Of a DNA stretch of 47,705 nucleotides, positions 27,936 to 37,464 are shown in pieces. The stretch is taken from assembly GCA_964459265.1 (NCBI GenBank), contig CAYWKA010000001.1, forward strand, positions 46,668-94,372. The letters run 5' to 3'. The number at the start of each line of letters is the position of its first letter. Within the stretch, counting starts at the first letter, position 1. The position numbers were made by a program, and so were the translations under genes. Under the pieces are notes generated by a model. That model was not told the origin of the DNA, searched no databases, and saw only the letters and a list, made by a program, of their open reading frames with translations. The DNA is from an uncultured Candidatus Saccharibacteria bacterium. Lineage in GTDB: Bacteria > Patescibacteriota > Minisyncoccia > Minisyncoccales > Paceibacteraceae.

Positions 27936-28332
27936 GAACTACTTTAACTATTACTTCTCTTTCTCTGGCTCTATTATCAAAATCAATTAGAACAATCTGC
28001 TGCCAGGTCCCTAAAACTAATTCCCCATTCTCAACCGGTATAGCTAAACCTGGCTTCATTAAAGCTGCTCTGACGTGAGCGTAGCCGTTACAATCTCCCC
28101 ATTTTTTGCAATGCTCGTAGTTTTCGTTCATGGGGGCAACAATTTCTAAGGCTCTTTTTAAATCTTTAATCAACCCTTCTTCGTATTCAATTGTAGTTAT
28201 AGCGCAAGTTGAATGAGGAACAAAAACTAAACAAATACCTTCTTTTATTTTAGAATCTTTTACTGCTTTAGAAACTTGAGAAGTAATATCTATAATATCG
28301 TTAAAACCTTTGGTTTGAAGGTTAAACTTCAT
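27928..28332 (-). CDS. YjbQ/UPF0047 family protein (secondary thiamine-phosphate synthase-like)
   Basis: 134 aa with the pattern FNDIIDITSQV...HSTCAITTIEYEEG...GYAHVRAAL, typical of UPF0047. Confidence 0.8.
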   Translation of the reverse strand: MKFNLQTKGFNDIIDITSQVSKAVKDSKIKEGICLVFVPHSTCAITTIEYEEGLIKDLKRALEIVAPMNENYEHCKKWGDCNGYAHVRAALMKPGLAIPVENGELVLGTWQQIVLIDFDNRAREREVIVKVVHA

Positions 28333-28333
28333 T

Positions 28334-29341
28334 TTAGTTATTAGTTAAGCTGTCTTTTTTAAATAAAGTGTTTTTAAATATGCTTATCCCTAATCTGAAG
28401 AAAATTATTATTCCAGCTAAGGCAAGAATTAGCTCGGCCCCTCGAATAAGCATAGTAAAAGCGGTAGCCATAGAAGCTTCCAGCCCTAAAGCACTAAAAG
28501 CAAAAATTTGAATTGCTTCGTGACTGCCCAAAGCAGCAGGAATGGGTATCATCATAGCTAGAAAAGTAAAGCCGAGAATAGATAAAGCAGGCAGGAAAGA
28601 AATTTCTTTCCCTAAAAATAGAATCAGAAGCCAAGCTCTAAGATAAGCAGCTCCCGTTCTTAAAAAAGAAAAGGCAAAAGCTCTCCATAAAAATTTCTTT
28701 TTGTATTTAAAAAAATGGAAAATTTCATTTTCGGTTTTTATAACAGCGCTGTCTCCTCCTAATTTTTTAATCCCTAACATTTTTAGAACAAGCTCAACCA
28801 TACTTTCTCTTCTAAAGACCTTAAGGTAAAAGTAAGATATTCCTATAGCAAATAGTAAAAAAATGCTGCCAAAAATTACTGCCAATTTAGCGGGAGGAAG
28901 CCCAATCATAAAGAAAAAAATTAAGACACCCAGAAGAATAACTACCAAGTTAGCAGTCCATTCTATAATGCGGTCAATAATGATTGAGGACATGCTTTTG
29001 GTCCAAGGAATGAAATTTTTATTTTTTAAAACATACCCCCGAAAAATCTCTCCTCCCCAAAATAGAATGGGAGCTAAAAACATAACAGAAAAGCCAGCTA
29101 AATAAGAACGGAATAGGCCTTTAAAAGATATTTCTACTCCCTCCCCTCTTAGAATTTCCAGCCATTTCCAATTACTAAAAGACATTACCAACAAAGTGGT
29201 AAGAAAAATTACTATTCCTTGCCAGCCAGTAAAAGCCAAAAAGGCATTCTTAATTTCCTGCCAACCGACTGTCTTCCCAATCCAGATAAATAATACTACT
29301 CCAATCAAAAGAGAAAATAAAAAAAGCAAAATTTTCTTCAT
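28334..29341 (-). CDS. UPF0104 / lysylphosphatidylglycerol-synthase-TM-like flippase-type membrane protein
   Basis: 335 aa with about 8 TM segments. Overall pattern and size resemble the LPG_synthase_TM family. Confidence 0.6.
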   Translation of the reverse strand: MKKILLFLFSLLIGVVLFIWIGKTVGWQEIKNAFLAFTGWQGIVIFLTTLLVMSFSNWKWLEILRGEGVEISFKGLFRSYLAGFSVMFLAPILFWGGEIFRGYVLKNKNFIPWTKSMSSIIIDRIIEWTANLVVILLGVLIFFFMIGLPPAKLAVIFGSIFLLFAIGISYFYLKVFRRESMVELVLKMLGIKKLGGDSAVIKTENEIFHFFKYKKKFLWRAFAFSFLRTGAAYLRAWLLILFLGKEISFLPALSILGFTFLAMMIPIPAALGSHEAIQIFAFSALGLEASMATAFTMLIRGAELILALAGIIIFFRLGISIFKNTLFKKDSLTNN

Positions 29342-29494
29342 ACGAGTTCTTTTAACATTTTAGCATTTGCGGTTTTGAAATGTTTGGAAAAATATTTCAG
29401 TTTATCTTTAGAAGGCAAATCTTCTGGATGAAAATCTTATCCCCGTGAGGGTAAACCTGACCGGAAGTCCCAATGTAAAACTCTTTGGGTATGG

Positions 29495-30235
29495 TTAATG
29501 GATTTTATTTCTCAGAAAGGTTACAATTTGAGGTCCGACTTCGGGTGAAGACCAGCCATATTCATGTCCTGGCACTTGAAAGGCCTGGGCAAAAGGAAGA
29601 TTTTGACCATTAATTTTTGAAAAAATCCACCTGAAGGGAGTTTTTATTAAAGCAAGAAGTAAACCTTTTACTTCTCCTGCCGACAAACTGTCTTTTCCTT
29701 TGTTGGTTAGTTGAAGCGTATTTTCTGGCTGGGAGCTCTTGTGCCAAAAGGGAGGCCCTACGGAAATCACAAAAATTGAATCTTTAGTATCGTCAGAAAC
29801 TCTTTCTATGGTTTTTCTAACAAAAGCTCCGCCATTAGAAAGACCGGCCATGATAATTTTTTTATCGGGCAATTTTCTGATTATTGATTCTAAATCTTCA
29901 GCTAAAACTTCTGAAGAAAAATCAAAGAAGTTTAGAAAATCTTTAGCTCCAGATATTTTCCCTGTTGCCCGACGATAAGGAATAACTATTGAGCTATAAC
30001 CCCAGTTATTAAGAGTGTCCTGAATTTCCTTTACGATTGGAGAAAAATCTTCTGCTTCCTCTAAAGGTGTATCTCCCCAGCCACCAGAATTAAAAATAAT
30101 AATAATATCATTTTGAGTAACCGAATCTAAAATCTCCTGAACCTGAAGGTGTTCGGGTACAACCTCTAAGCCAAAAAGAAAAAATAGGCCACCAAAAACA
30201 ACAAAGATTAGAGTAAGAAGCTTTATTTTTTTCAT
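29495..30235 (-). CDS. Membrane-anchored alpha/beta-hydrolase-like protein
   Basis: 246 aa with an N-terminal TM anchor and a nucleophile elbow GLSNGG (GxSxG). Confidence 0.5.
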   Translation of the reverse strand: MKKIKLLTLIFVVFGGLFFLFGLEVVPEHLQVQEILDSVTQNDIIIIFNSGGWGDTPLEEAEDFSPIVKEIQDTLNNWGYSSIVIPYRRATGKISGAKDFLNFFDFSSEVLAEDLESIIRKLPDKKIIMAGLSNGGAFVRKTIERVSDDTKDSIFVISVGPPFWHKSSQPENTLQLTNKGKDSLSAGEVKGLLLALIKTPFRWIFSKINGQNLPFAQAFQVPGHEYGWSSPEVGPQIVTFLRNKIH

Positions 30236-30855
30236 TTTTTATGAAACTCTTCATCTAAAAGTTCCATAAATTCCAACATAAGAGGGTCATCAAAGAATTC
30301 TCTAGCCCAGAGCCACCAAGGACAAAGGGGTGGTTTTTTATACTTTTTCCAATATTCCAAAGCTTGTAAAAAATTTTCCATTTTGTCAGCTTGCTGAAAA
30401 AATCTTCCTTCGGGAGTTAAACCTTTTTTATAATCTAACCAGAGATTTCTTATTTCTTTTTTAAGATGAGAAGGTAATTTAGAAGTCAGTTTTTCCAGAG
30501 CCTTTGTTTCTTTTCTGTATTTTTCCTGAAACTTTTTTTTCTTTTCTTTATCGGTAAATCTTGGCCAGGTTTTCATTAAGACCCGAAGCGCTTTTTTATT
30601 TTTCGGTAAAACCGAATCGTAGGGAGTAGTATCTCCGGCATACACTTCGCATAAATCATGAACCAAAGCTATTTTCAAAATTTTTTCTTTATTCATTCCT
30701 CTTTTCTCCTCTCCTAAAATCCATCCCATCAGAGCTGAACGAAAAATGTGCTCAGCAATACTTTCTGGGTTTTTAATTTGGTTTATTACCCATCCCCGGC
30801 GGGGCATTTTTTTTAATTTTCCAACCTCAATAAAAAATTTAAGAAGTTCCTTCAT
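30232..30855 (-). CDS. HD-domain phosphohydrolase (YfbR-like 5'-nucleotidase type)
   Basis: 207 aa with ESIAEHIFRSA...ALVHDLCEVYAGD (H...HD...D metal ligands). Confidence 0.75.
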   Translation of the reverse strand: MKELLKFFIEVGKLKKMPRRGWVINQIKNPESIAEHIFRSALMGWILGEEKRGMNKEKILKIALVHDLCEVYAGDTTPYDSVLPKNKKALRVLMKTWPRFTDKEKKKKFQEKYRKETKALEKLTSKLPSHLKKEIRNLWLDYKKGLTPEGRFFQQADKMENFLQALEYWKKYKKPPLCPWWLWAREFFDDPLMLEFMELLDEEFHKK

Positions 30856-30882
30856 ATAATTAACTTTAACATAATCTTTATC

Positions 30883-30913
30883 AAAAAAAAAGAGGAGGAG
30901 GCCTCCTCTTTTT
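30883..30913 (-). terminator. Intrinsic terminator after greA
   Basis: AGAGGAGGAGG/CCTCCTCTT forms a GC-rich hairpin. It is flanked by A8 (plus strand), which is a T-run on the minus strand immediately after the hairpin, 20 nt past the greA stop. Confidence 0.65.
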
Positions 30914-30933
30914 AACTTAAAATTTAAATATTC

Positions 30934-31413
30934 TTAAATATTTTTATATTTTATCTTCCTAATTTTGTAAATTGTTTTGATCGGGGAAGATACCATAACT
31001 TCTTCTCCTGCCCGATGACCTAAAAGCGCTCTACCTACTGGAGACTCATTAGATATTCTTCCTAAGGATGGATTAGCTTCTAAACTTCCGACAATAACGA
31101 ATTCGTCAGTTTGGCCTTCCACTTGTACTAAAACCTTGGCTCCCAAATTAACTATGCTTTGTTTTTCCTTGGAAGGTAGTTTAATTAATTCAGCATTTTT
31201 CATAATGTTTTCTAGTTCAGTTATTCTCGTTTCTATAAAGCTGAGGTCTTCTTGAAAAGAAAGATATTCAGGATTTAAATCTTCGGAATGCCAAATCTTG
31301 GGGATTTCTCCCGAAGTTTTAGAAAGTTTAAGAGCTCTCAAATCCTCGTACTCTTTTTTTATCTTTTCTACTCCTTCTTTAGTTAGATAAAACTTTTTTT
31401 CTTCTTCCATCAA
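30934..31413 (-). CDS. greA: Transcription elongation factor GreA
   Basis: 159 aa with an N-terminal coiled coil (LTKEGVEKIKKEYEDL) and a C-terminal FKBP-like domain (ISNESPVGRALLGHRAGEEV). Confidence 0.85.
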   Translation of the reverse strand: MMEEEKKFYLTKEGVEKIKKEYEDLRALKLSKTSGEIPKIWHSEDLNPEYLSFQEDLSFIETRITELENIMKNAELIKLPSKEKQSIVNLGAKVLVQVEGQTDEFVIVGSLEANPSLGRISNESPVGRALLGHRAGEEVMVSSPIKTIYKIRKIKYKNI

Positions 31414-31490
31414 AGTAAATAATCAATTATTTATGAGATGAGAGATGAATTTTAATTCATCGAACATCGAAATGAATCTGATTTTTTAAA

Positions 31491-31549
31491 AATCCCCTTT
31501 GGTGAGGGGATTGGTTTTCAAAATGGATAATTTCCTCAATCCCTTCACC
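31491..31549. promoter_or_regulatory. Mutually exclusive helices in the greA-rtcA intergenic region
   Basis: A = AATCCCCT (31491-98), B = GGTGAGGGGATTG (31501-13), C = CAATCCCTTCACC (31537-49). A:B is an 8-bp hairpin. B:C is a 13-bp helix, perfect with one G:U on the plus strand but with an A-C mismatch on the minus strand. Confidence 0.35.
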
Positions 31550-31805
31550 TTGTTAGTTTTCCATAAGTTAAAACTGAAATAAAGGTGGCCCATCTAGGGT
31601 GGGTGTTTTTTTTGGAACAATTAATTATCTCGTCTAATGTTTCTATCATTATCTTGTTTGGTCCTTATTTCTCTTTTACATCTTTATTATAGTCCTTCAA
31701 ACAACCTTGTCAATAGTAACGATCTACTTACGTATAATAAGTTAAGTATGGCACAATTTTTGATTTTAAGTGACTTCTGCCTTAGAATAAATTATACATA
31801 TATAT

Positions 31806-32831
31806 ATGGATGTACTAAATATTGATGGTTCCTATTTAGAAGGCGGCGGTCAGATCCTTCGGACAGCCACTGCTTTGTCGGTAGTGACTAAAAAACCTTG
31901 CCGGGTTTTTAATATCCGGCAAGGAAGACCTAAACCAGGCTTGGCTGCTCAGCATCTTTTGGGAGTTCAAGCTTTAGCTCAATTATGTAGCGGTAAAATA
32001 GAAGGAGATTTTTTGGGTTCAGAAGAAATTAAATTTTTTCCTGGAGAAATCCAAGCTAAAGACCTTTCTGTAAAAATTGAAACTGCCGGCAGTATCACTT
32101 TAGTTTTACAAACATTAATTCCGCCTGCTTTATTAGCTTCCCAACCTATTAAAATTACTTTTGCAGGCGGTGCTACTGATACTTTTTTTTCTCCAACCAT
32201 TGATTATTTCTGTTATGTGTTTTTAAAAATTTTAGAAAAAATGGGGGCAAAAACAGAAGTTAGTATTATTAAAAAGGGTTATTATCCTGAAGGCGGGGCT
32301 AAAGTAGAAGCAAGAATTTTTCCTTCAAAACTAAAACCTCTAAATCTAACCGAAAGAGGAAAAATAAAGAAAATTACCATAATTTCTGGGGCTTCGACGT
32401 CCTTAAATAACAAAAAAGTGGTAGAAAGACAGATAGCTGGGACAAGAGAGGTTTTGGGAAGATTAAACTTGCCCGTTGAGGAAAAAGCAGAATATTATCA
32501 AACTCAATGCCCAGGCAGTCAGATTTGTTTAATGGCTGAATTTGAAAATACCATAATTGGCACAGATAACTTAGGGAAGCTCGGTAAGCGGGCTGAAGAT
32601 GTTGGGAAAGAAGCCGCTTTGGAATTATTAAAAGAACAAAAATCCGGAGCCTGTTTAGATAAGCATTTGACCGACCAGATTTTACCGTATTTAGCTTTGG
32701 CTCCTGGTAAATCTCAAATTAGCGTCTCTGAAGTTACAAAGCACTGTAAAACTAATATTTGGGTAATTGAACAGTTTATAGAAGGAAAATTTGAAATAAA
32801 AAACCAGCAAATTAGCTGGTTTCCAAAATAA
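31806..32831 (+). CDS. rtcA: RNA 3'-terminal phosphate cyclase
   Basis: 341 aa with IDGSYLEGGGQILRTATALSVV...RPKPGLAAQHL, matching the RtcA N-terminus including the AMP-accepting His region. Confidence 0.9.
   Translation: MDVLNIDGSYLEGGGQILRTATALSVVTKKPCRVFNIRQGRPKPGLAAQHLLGVQALAQLCSGKIEGDFLGSEEIKFFPGEIQAKDLSVKIETAGSITLVLQTLIPPALLASQPIKITFAGGATDTFFSPTIDYFCYVFLKILEKMGAKTEVSIIKKGYYPEGGAKVEARIFPSKLKPLNLTERGKIKKITIISGASTSLNNKKVVERQIAGTREVLGRLNLPVEEKAEYYQTQCPGSQICLMAEFENTIIGTDNLGKLGKRAEDVGKEAALELLKEQKSGACLDKHLTDQILPYLALAPGKSQISVSEVTKHCKTNIWVIEQFIEGKFEIKNQQISWFPK
32794..32821 (-). terminator. Intrinsic terminator of the long minus-strand array, embedded in the 3' end of rtcA
   Basis: AACCAGC (32802-08) / GCTGGTT (32815-21) is a 7-bp stem with a 6-nt loop. 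On the minus strand TTTTTTATTT follows. It lies 34 nt past the stop at 32855. Confidence 0.55.
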
Positions 32832-32854
32832 ACAATTTTTATTTAAAGCTATTT

Positions 32855-33850
32855 TTATAAAGTCGTTATTGGTCGGGATTGTAAAATATAGAATTTATTT
32901 TTAGTCAAGGCCCATTCGATATCTTGAGGGCTTTTATAATGATTTTCAATTTTCTGACAAAGCTTAGCTAATTTAATAATTTGTTTATTAGAAAGTTTTT
33001 GTAGGCTTTTCTTAGACTTTGGAACTGACACTTCTTTGGTGCCTTTTTTATTTTTAATAATCATTTTTTCTTGGATGCCAATGTTTATATCTAACATTGA
33101 CCAATCTTTTTTAGAGACAACGTAGGTATCAGGAGTAATCTTGCCTCCAACAATTGATTCTCCCAAACCCCAACCTGCCTCAATCACCATCTGTTTAAGA
33201 TTTTGAGTTACCGGATGAGCAGTAAAACAAATTCCAGCAATTTTAGGATCAACCATTTTTTGAACAACAACCGCTACTCCTACCGGATAACATTCAGCAA
33301 AGTATTTACAGGTTTTAGCTCTGATTTTCTTTTGAGAATTGACCGTTGTGAATTTTTTTTCAAAGGCATAAAAGAGAGCTCTAGAAGTAAATAGAGACGA
33401 CCAACAATTTTTAATATTTCTTAATAAATTTTCCCTTGTTGTCCCTAAATAAGTTTCTAATTCTCCTGCCCAAGAAGCAATTGAAGAATCTTCAGCAGTG
33501 GCAGACGATCTTACTGAAACATATTTTGTTTTTAACTTTTTAAATCCTAAAAAGAATTCTCTCTCTAGATCTTTTGGCATCTTACCATCTCTAATTAAAT
33601 CTCTTGTCTCTCCAGAGGCTCGATCAACTGATTTAATGTCTTTATAATTAATCCTTTTTAATACAGTAGCAATATCAACTAAAAGATCAGTTTCTTCTAA
33701 AAATTTATCAAAAGCCGAAATCAAAATCACAAAACCTGGCGGCACGGGTATTTTAGCGTGCATCATTTCCCCAAGTGAAGCTCCCTTACCACCAGCAATT
33801 TTTATATCTTTAATAGAAATCTGAGGAAAGAATCTAATAAATTTAAACAT
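32855..33850 (-). CDS. Stand-alone PEP-synthase/PPDK N-terminal ATP-grasp (nucleotide-binding) domain protein
   Basis: 331 aa with IAGGKGASLGEMMHAKIPVPPGFVI, VSVRSSATAEDS, VAVVVQKMVD and the terminal IEWAL...FYILQSRPITTL. No swivel or PEP/pyruvate-binding domain. Confidence 0.85.
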   Translation of the reverse strand: MFKFIRFFPQISIKDIKIAGGKGASLGEMMHAKIPVPPGFVILISAFDKFLEETDLLVDIATVLKRINYKDIKSVDRASGETRDLIRDGKMPKDLEREFFLGFKKLKTKYVSVRSSATAEDSSIASWAGELETYLGTTRENLLRNIKNCWSSLFTSRALFYAFEKKFTTVNSQKKIRAKTCKYFAECYPVGVAVVVQKMVDPKIAGICFTAHPVTQNLKQMVIEAGWGLGESIVGGKITPDTYVVSKKDWSMLDINIGIQEKMIIKNKKGTKEVSVPKSKKSLQKLSNKQIIKLAKLCQKIENHYKSPQDIEWALTKNKFYILQSRPITTL

Positions 33851-33852
33851 AA

Positions 33853-35406
33853 TTATAAATTAACTTTTTCGATTTTTCCGTGATTAAGTCTTAGAATAAT
33901 CCGGTCGCCATTTTTAAATACTTTTGTTGCTTTTTTGGTGCCAACGATGCAAGGAATATTCAACTCTCGGCTAATAATAGCGGCATGGCAGGTCATCCCG
34001 CCTTCATCGGTAATTATTCCTCTGGCTTTCTTTAGTAAAGGCAGAAACTCGGGTCTGGTCATTGTTGTAACTAAAATTTCTCCTGGCCGAAAAGGGTCTT
34101 TGAAGGGGTTAATTACAACCCTTACTCTCCCTCCAGTATAATTTCTTTCTCCTCTGGAAACCGTAATGCCTTCTATCATTTTAACCTTTACTTGTTCTTC
34201 CTTAAATAAAATTTTCCATAGATTTTCTGCTTTTATACCAGCATAAATTTGCCATTTTGTTTTGTATTGATAGACAAAAATAAATTTCTTTTTTCTTTGG
34301 CTTAAAATCTTAAACCACTTTTTTTTACCCTCCGAAATAATTTTTGGCATTTCTTCAGGTAAAGCACAGTCCAAGGTAAGATAACTGATTTTAACTCGAT
34401 CTGCCAATTCTTTTAAAAGTTCGGCCGCATAATGGCTTCCCCTTAAAGCCATCTCCTTTCTTTCGTCAAAACAATAACTAAAAAAAGATATTGCTTCTAG
34501 TTCTTTTTTTAATCTCTGAGAAATTTTAATTTCCCTTAAAATATCTCTTTTTCTTTTCAAAATGTTTTTGCTGTAGTTTTTTAAATCTCGATATTCTTTA
34601 TTAATTTCTTTTTTAGTTTTGTTTTTTATTTCTTCTTTTAAAAATAAAAAGAATTTAAAAATAGTTATTGGCTCCGTTTTAAAATAGTTAGTTCTAACCC
34701 AATAAAATTTTTTCTGGTGCTCCAAAAGTTGCTTATAAAAAGGTGGGTCAAGGTCTTTAATTTTTGAAATTTTTATTTTTTTCTTTAAGAACTTTAAGAT
34801 TTTTTTATTTCTAAAAATTATTAAACAAATTTTAAGAAAATCTAAACGTTCCTTACCGATAAAAGAAAGCTTTTCTGGTTGAGTTAAAATAGTAAAGTAT
34901 TCACTTATAGTTTTATTATCTAAAGTATTTAATTCTTTTTTAAATTTTGGGAGAAGACTTTTTTCAGTATAAACAGCTGTTCCCTCCATAACTAAAGGGA
35001 TTGTCCACTCGTTAGTAAAGTTCTCCACAAAATTTAGATACTCAGAAACTAATTCCTTATTAGATAACTCTTTCAAGTTGATTTTATTTAAGTGCTGAAA
35101 ATTTTTTATTAATTTTTTTTGAAATTTCTGCCAAACTTTAAACGGTTTGAAAATTGTTTTTTTAATAAACATCTCAACGATTCTTTTTGTGATTAAGTAG
35201 TTTTCATCTTCGTCAATAAACTGCCAAAGATAATTGTTTTTTAGAGTTAAGATAACAATTTTAAATCCAAAACCTAAGTATTTTCTCATATCAATAAAAC
35301 CAATCCAAGGATAACAATTCTGAAACAAGACCGGAGCCGAAGCAATCCAAAATTTTCTTCCTTGAATTTCTTTAATTAAATTTTGTAAATCTGTTTTGTT
35401 TTTCAT
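33853..35406 (-). CDS. Swivel-domain paralog 1: about 400-aa helical N-domain plus C-terminal PEP-utilizer phosphohistidine domain
   Basis: 517 aa. C-terminus: GEILVTTMTRPEFLPLLKKARGIITDEGGMTCHAAIISRELNIPCIVG, with the His codon at 33985-33987. The N-domain shares motifs with paralogs 2 and 3: L-S-x3-L-x3-Y, KKFYW, DERK...Y. Confidence 0.8.
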   Translation of the reverse strand: MKNKTDLQNLIKEIQGRKFWIASAPVLFQNCYPWIGFIDMRKYLGFGFKIVILTLKNNYLWQFIDEDENYLITKRIVEMFIKKTIFKPFKVWQKFQKKLIKNFQHLNKINLKELSNKELVSEYLNFVENFTNEWTIPLVMEGTAVYTEKSLLPKFKKELNTLDNKTISEYFTILTQPEKLSFIGKERLDFLKICLIIFRNKKILKFLKKKIKISKIKDLDPPFYKQLLEHQKKFYWVRTNYFKTEPITIFKFFLFLKEEIKNKTKKEINKEYRDLKNYSKNILKRKRDILREIKISQRLKKELEAISFFSYCFDERKEMALRGSHYAAELLKELADRVKISYLTLDCALPEEMPKIISEGKKKWFKILSQRKKKFIFVYQYKTKWQIYAGIKAENLWKILFKEEQVKVKMIEGITVSRGERNYTGGRVRVVINPFKDPFRPGEILVTTMTRPEFLPLLKKARGIITDEGGMTCHAAIISRELNIPCIVGTKKATKVFKNGDRIILRLNHGKIEKVNL

Positions 35407-35996
35407 ACTTTATATTCTTTTTTCCTTTCATTCAGCATTTGGCGGGCCATTTTTCGAACCTCTAAAGTAAAAAGGTTGGGAATACTTTTTTCTAAATATT
35501 TACACGTTTCTTCGGGAGACCATTTAAATATCCTCATAATTGCCCGGAATCTAGCCAAAGAGAATCTATCTAAAGTGTCTAGATCATTAAATATTTTTTT
35601 GTTTTCGGTATTAAATAATTTTTTATCTTCTATATCGTGGGTACTAATTATCTCGACAATTTCTTTAATTTTTTTTGACGGATAGTGAATTTTTTGTAAT
35701 AAATCTTTAGCAATTTTGGCACCGGTCAACATATGAACCAACTTAGAGTCGGGCAATTTATTGGGGCCAGAAACTCTATCAAAGTGCTCGGGCAAAATAA
35801 CGGCATGCCCAATATCATGAAAAATAGCCACCGGAACAAGAATATCCGGATCCCCCCTATGATATTTTTTAATAAAGTCTGCCACCAATTCGGCAGCTTG
35901 CTTGCAATGAATTAAATCATCCGGTCGACACTTCTTTAAAATCGGTTCGGCCAACTGCCAAATTTTCTGATATTTTTGGGAAATATTAATTCTCAC
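35403..35996 (-). CDS. HD-domain metal-dependent phosphohydrolase
   Basis: 197 aa with H(30)...VAIFHDIGH...D. Its stop overlaps the paralog 1 start (ATGA at 35403-35406). Confidence 0.8.
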   Translation of the reverse strand: MRINISQKYQKIWQLAEPILKKCRPDDLIHCKQAAELVADFIKKYHRGDPDILVPVAIFHDIGHAVILPEHFDRVSGPNKLPDSKLVHMLTGAKIAKDLLQKIHYPSKKIKEIVEIISTHDIEDKKLFNTENKKIFNDLDTLDRFSLARFRAIMRIFKWSPEETCKYLEKSIPNLFTLEVRKMARQMLNERKKEYKV

Positions 35997-36012
35997 AGTT
36001 TAAATAATAAAT

Positions 36013-37449
36013 TTATTTAATAATTTTTACTATGCCCTTATTGGCATTTACTTCTACTTTCATTCCGTCTTTTAATATTTTGGTAGCAACCTGGGTTCCG
36101 ATGATGCAGGGGATATTTAATTCTCTGGAAATAATGGCAGCATGACAAGTAATGCCTCCTTCGTCGGTAATAATAGCGCTGGCCAGTTTTAAAATCGGCA
36201 CGAATTCAGGTCTGGTCATCTGAGTAACAAGTACATCTCCTTTTTTCATTTTTTTAAAATCGTTCTCGGTTATAATAATTTTTATTCGCCCCTTCACTTC
36301 CCCCAGACTTGCCGAATTTCCTTTAATAATTTCTTTTTGCTTTATTAGAAAACTTTTCTCAAAGTATTGATGAGTTCTCCTCGCTTCTTTTCCATAAAAA
36401 CATTTATATTTTTTGAGACCGAGACCGACAACAAGAATCATTTCTTTCATTTCCCATTTTTTAACTAAAGCAGGAGAAATTTTAAAACTTTCCCAATCGT
36501 AAGGGAAGCTGTATTTTAAAATGGAGTAATTAATCTTAGTTCTCCGGCTGAATTCTTTTAAAAATTTATCGGCCATGGCAACCTCCATCAAAATCTGTTT
36601 TTTTCTTTCGTCTCTCCATCCTCCCATTCTGCGAAAAAAATAAAAGAAATTCCGAAGGGGCTGGGATATTTTGCGTTTTTGGATAATCTCTCGCTGTTTT
36701 CTTTTAAGAAATTGCAAATGTCGGAGATTGTTCTTTATTTCTTTTTCTAAAGCAGCCCTATTGGTTTTTTTTATTCTTTGACGCCAATATTCTTCATCTA
36801 AATTTTTTGCAAAAGCCCAGTTGTTTTGAAGCCAATGATATTTTTTAGAGTATAATTCTAATTTCGATGGAAAATTTTTATCTTTTCTTTGATAAATTTT
36901 AAAAAGTTTCAGAAGCTCCTGCTGAGCCAAGGCGAAAAAACCTGGAGTAGTAGATGAACTTAAAATTTGTATTTCTTGACGCGGTAAGTTCATAGAAAAC
37001 CGGGTAAAAACTTTATTAAGGAAATGCTCGTCCCAGGCATTGAATAATTCCAAAATATATGGCCGAGAAGAACCCCATATTTTTTCTCGTAATAAAGTAA
37101 ATTGACGGTATAATTTTAGTAAATCTTGATCGCTTAATTTTTGAAAATCGGAGAATTGAAAATTTTCAATAAATTGCTCTTCTCCAATTTTATCTTTTTG
37201 CCACTGCTTAAATTCTTTATCAATAGCGAAGGGGGTTTTAAGGGTCTTGTTAACCAAGGCGGAGGCGGCCTGATACTGGACTCTTTTATTATAATAAGAA
37301 TAAGCGACAAAATTACGAGAATAAAAAGCTCCGGCATTTACTCTCTTAAAGTAGAAGCAATAAGCTAAACTAATATAAAAAGGAGCCATCGCTCCACCCT
37401 CCTGATACCATTCGGTTTGAATAATTTTTCGACAATCAATTTTAGGCAT
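36013..37449 (-). CDS. Swivel-domain paralog 2
   Basis: 478 aa. C-terminus: GDVLVTQMTRPEFVPILKLASAIITDEGGITCHAAIISRELNIPCIIG, with the His codon at 36142-36144. N-domain motifs LSDQDLLKLYRQF, KKYHW and RDERKKQ. Confidence 0.8.
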   Translation of the reverse strand: MPKIDCRKIIQTEWYQEGGAMAPFYISLAYCFYFKRVNAGAFYSRNFVAYSYYNKRVQYQAASALVNKTLKTPFAIDKEFKQWQKDKIGEEQFIENFQFSDFQKLSDQDLLKLYRQFTLLREKIWGSSRPYILELFNAWDEHFLNKVFTRFSMNLPRQEIQILSSSTTPGFFALAQQELLKLFKIYQRKDKNFPSKLELYSKKYHWLQNNWAFAKNLDEEYWRQRIKKTNRAALEKEIKNNLRHLQFLKRKQREIIQKRKISQPLRNFFYFFRRMGGWRDERKKQILMEVAMADKFLKEFSRRTKINYSILKYSFPYDWESFKISPALVKKWEMKEMILVVGLGLKKYKCFYGKEARRTHQYFEKSFLIKQKEIIKGNSASLGEVKGRIKIIITENDFKKMKKGDVLVTQMTRPEFVPILKLASAIITDEGGITCHAAIISRELNIPCIIGTQVATKILKDGMKVEVNANKGIVKIIK

Positions 37450-37464
37450 TAAATTTATAAATTT

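Noticed and set aside
29342-29494. 153-nt spacer with small hairpins (CCCAA/TTGGG, CCC-tcac-GGG) between the hydrolase-like and flippase-like genes
   Set aside because: Stems are short (3-5 bp) without a U-tract, and there is no repeat or ORF remnant I could recognise. It is probably just a promoter region.
31637-31825. 62-aa ORF in the greA-rtcA spacer
   Set aside because: Low-complexity L/S/Y-rich translation with no SD. It runs into the rtcA start in another frame. The region is better explained as promoter or leader DNA.
32855-35406. Calling the ATP-grasp plus swivel genes a fragmented PEP synthase (ppsA) or PPDK pseudogene
   Set aside because: All ORFs are intact and tightly coupled. 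There are three full-length swivel paralogs rather than fragments, and no PEP/pyruvate-binding C-domain remnant is present.
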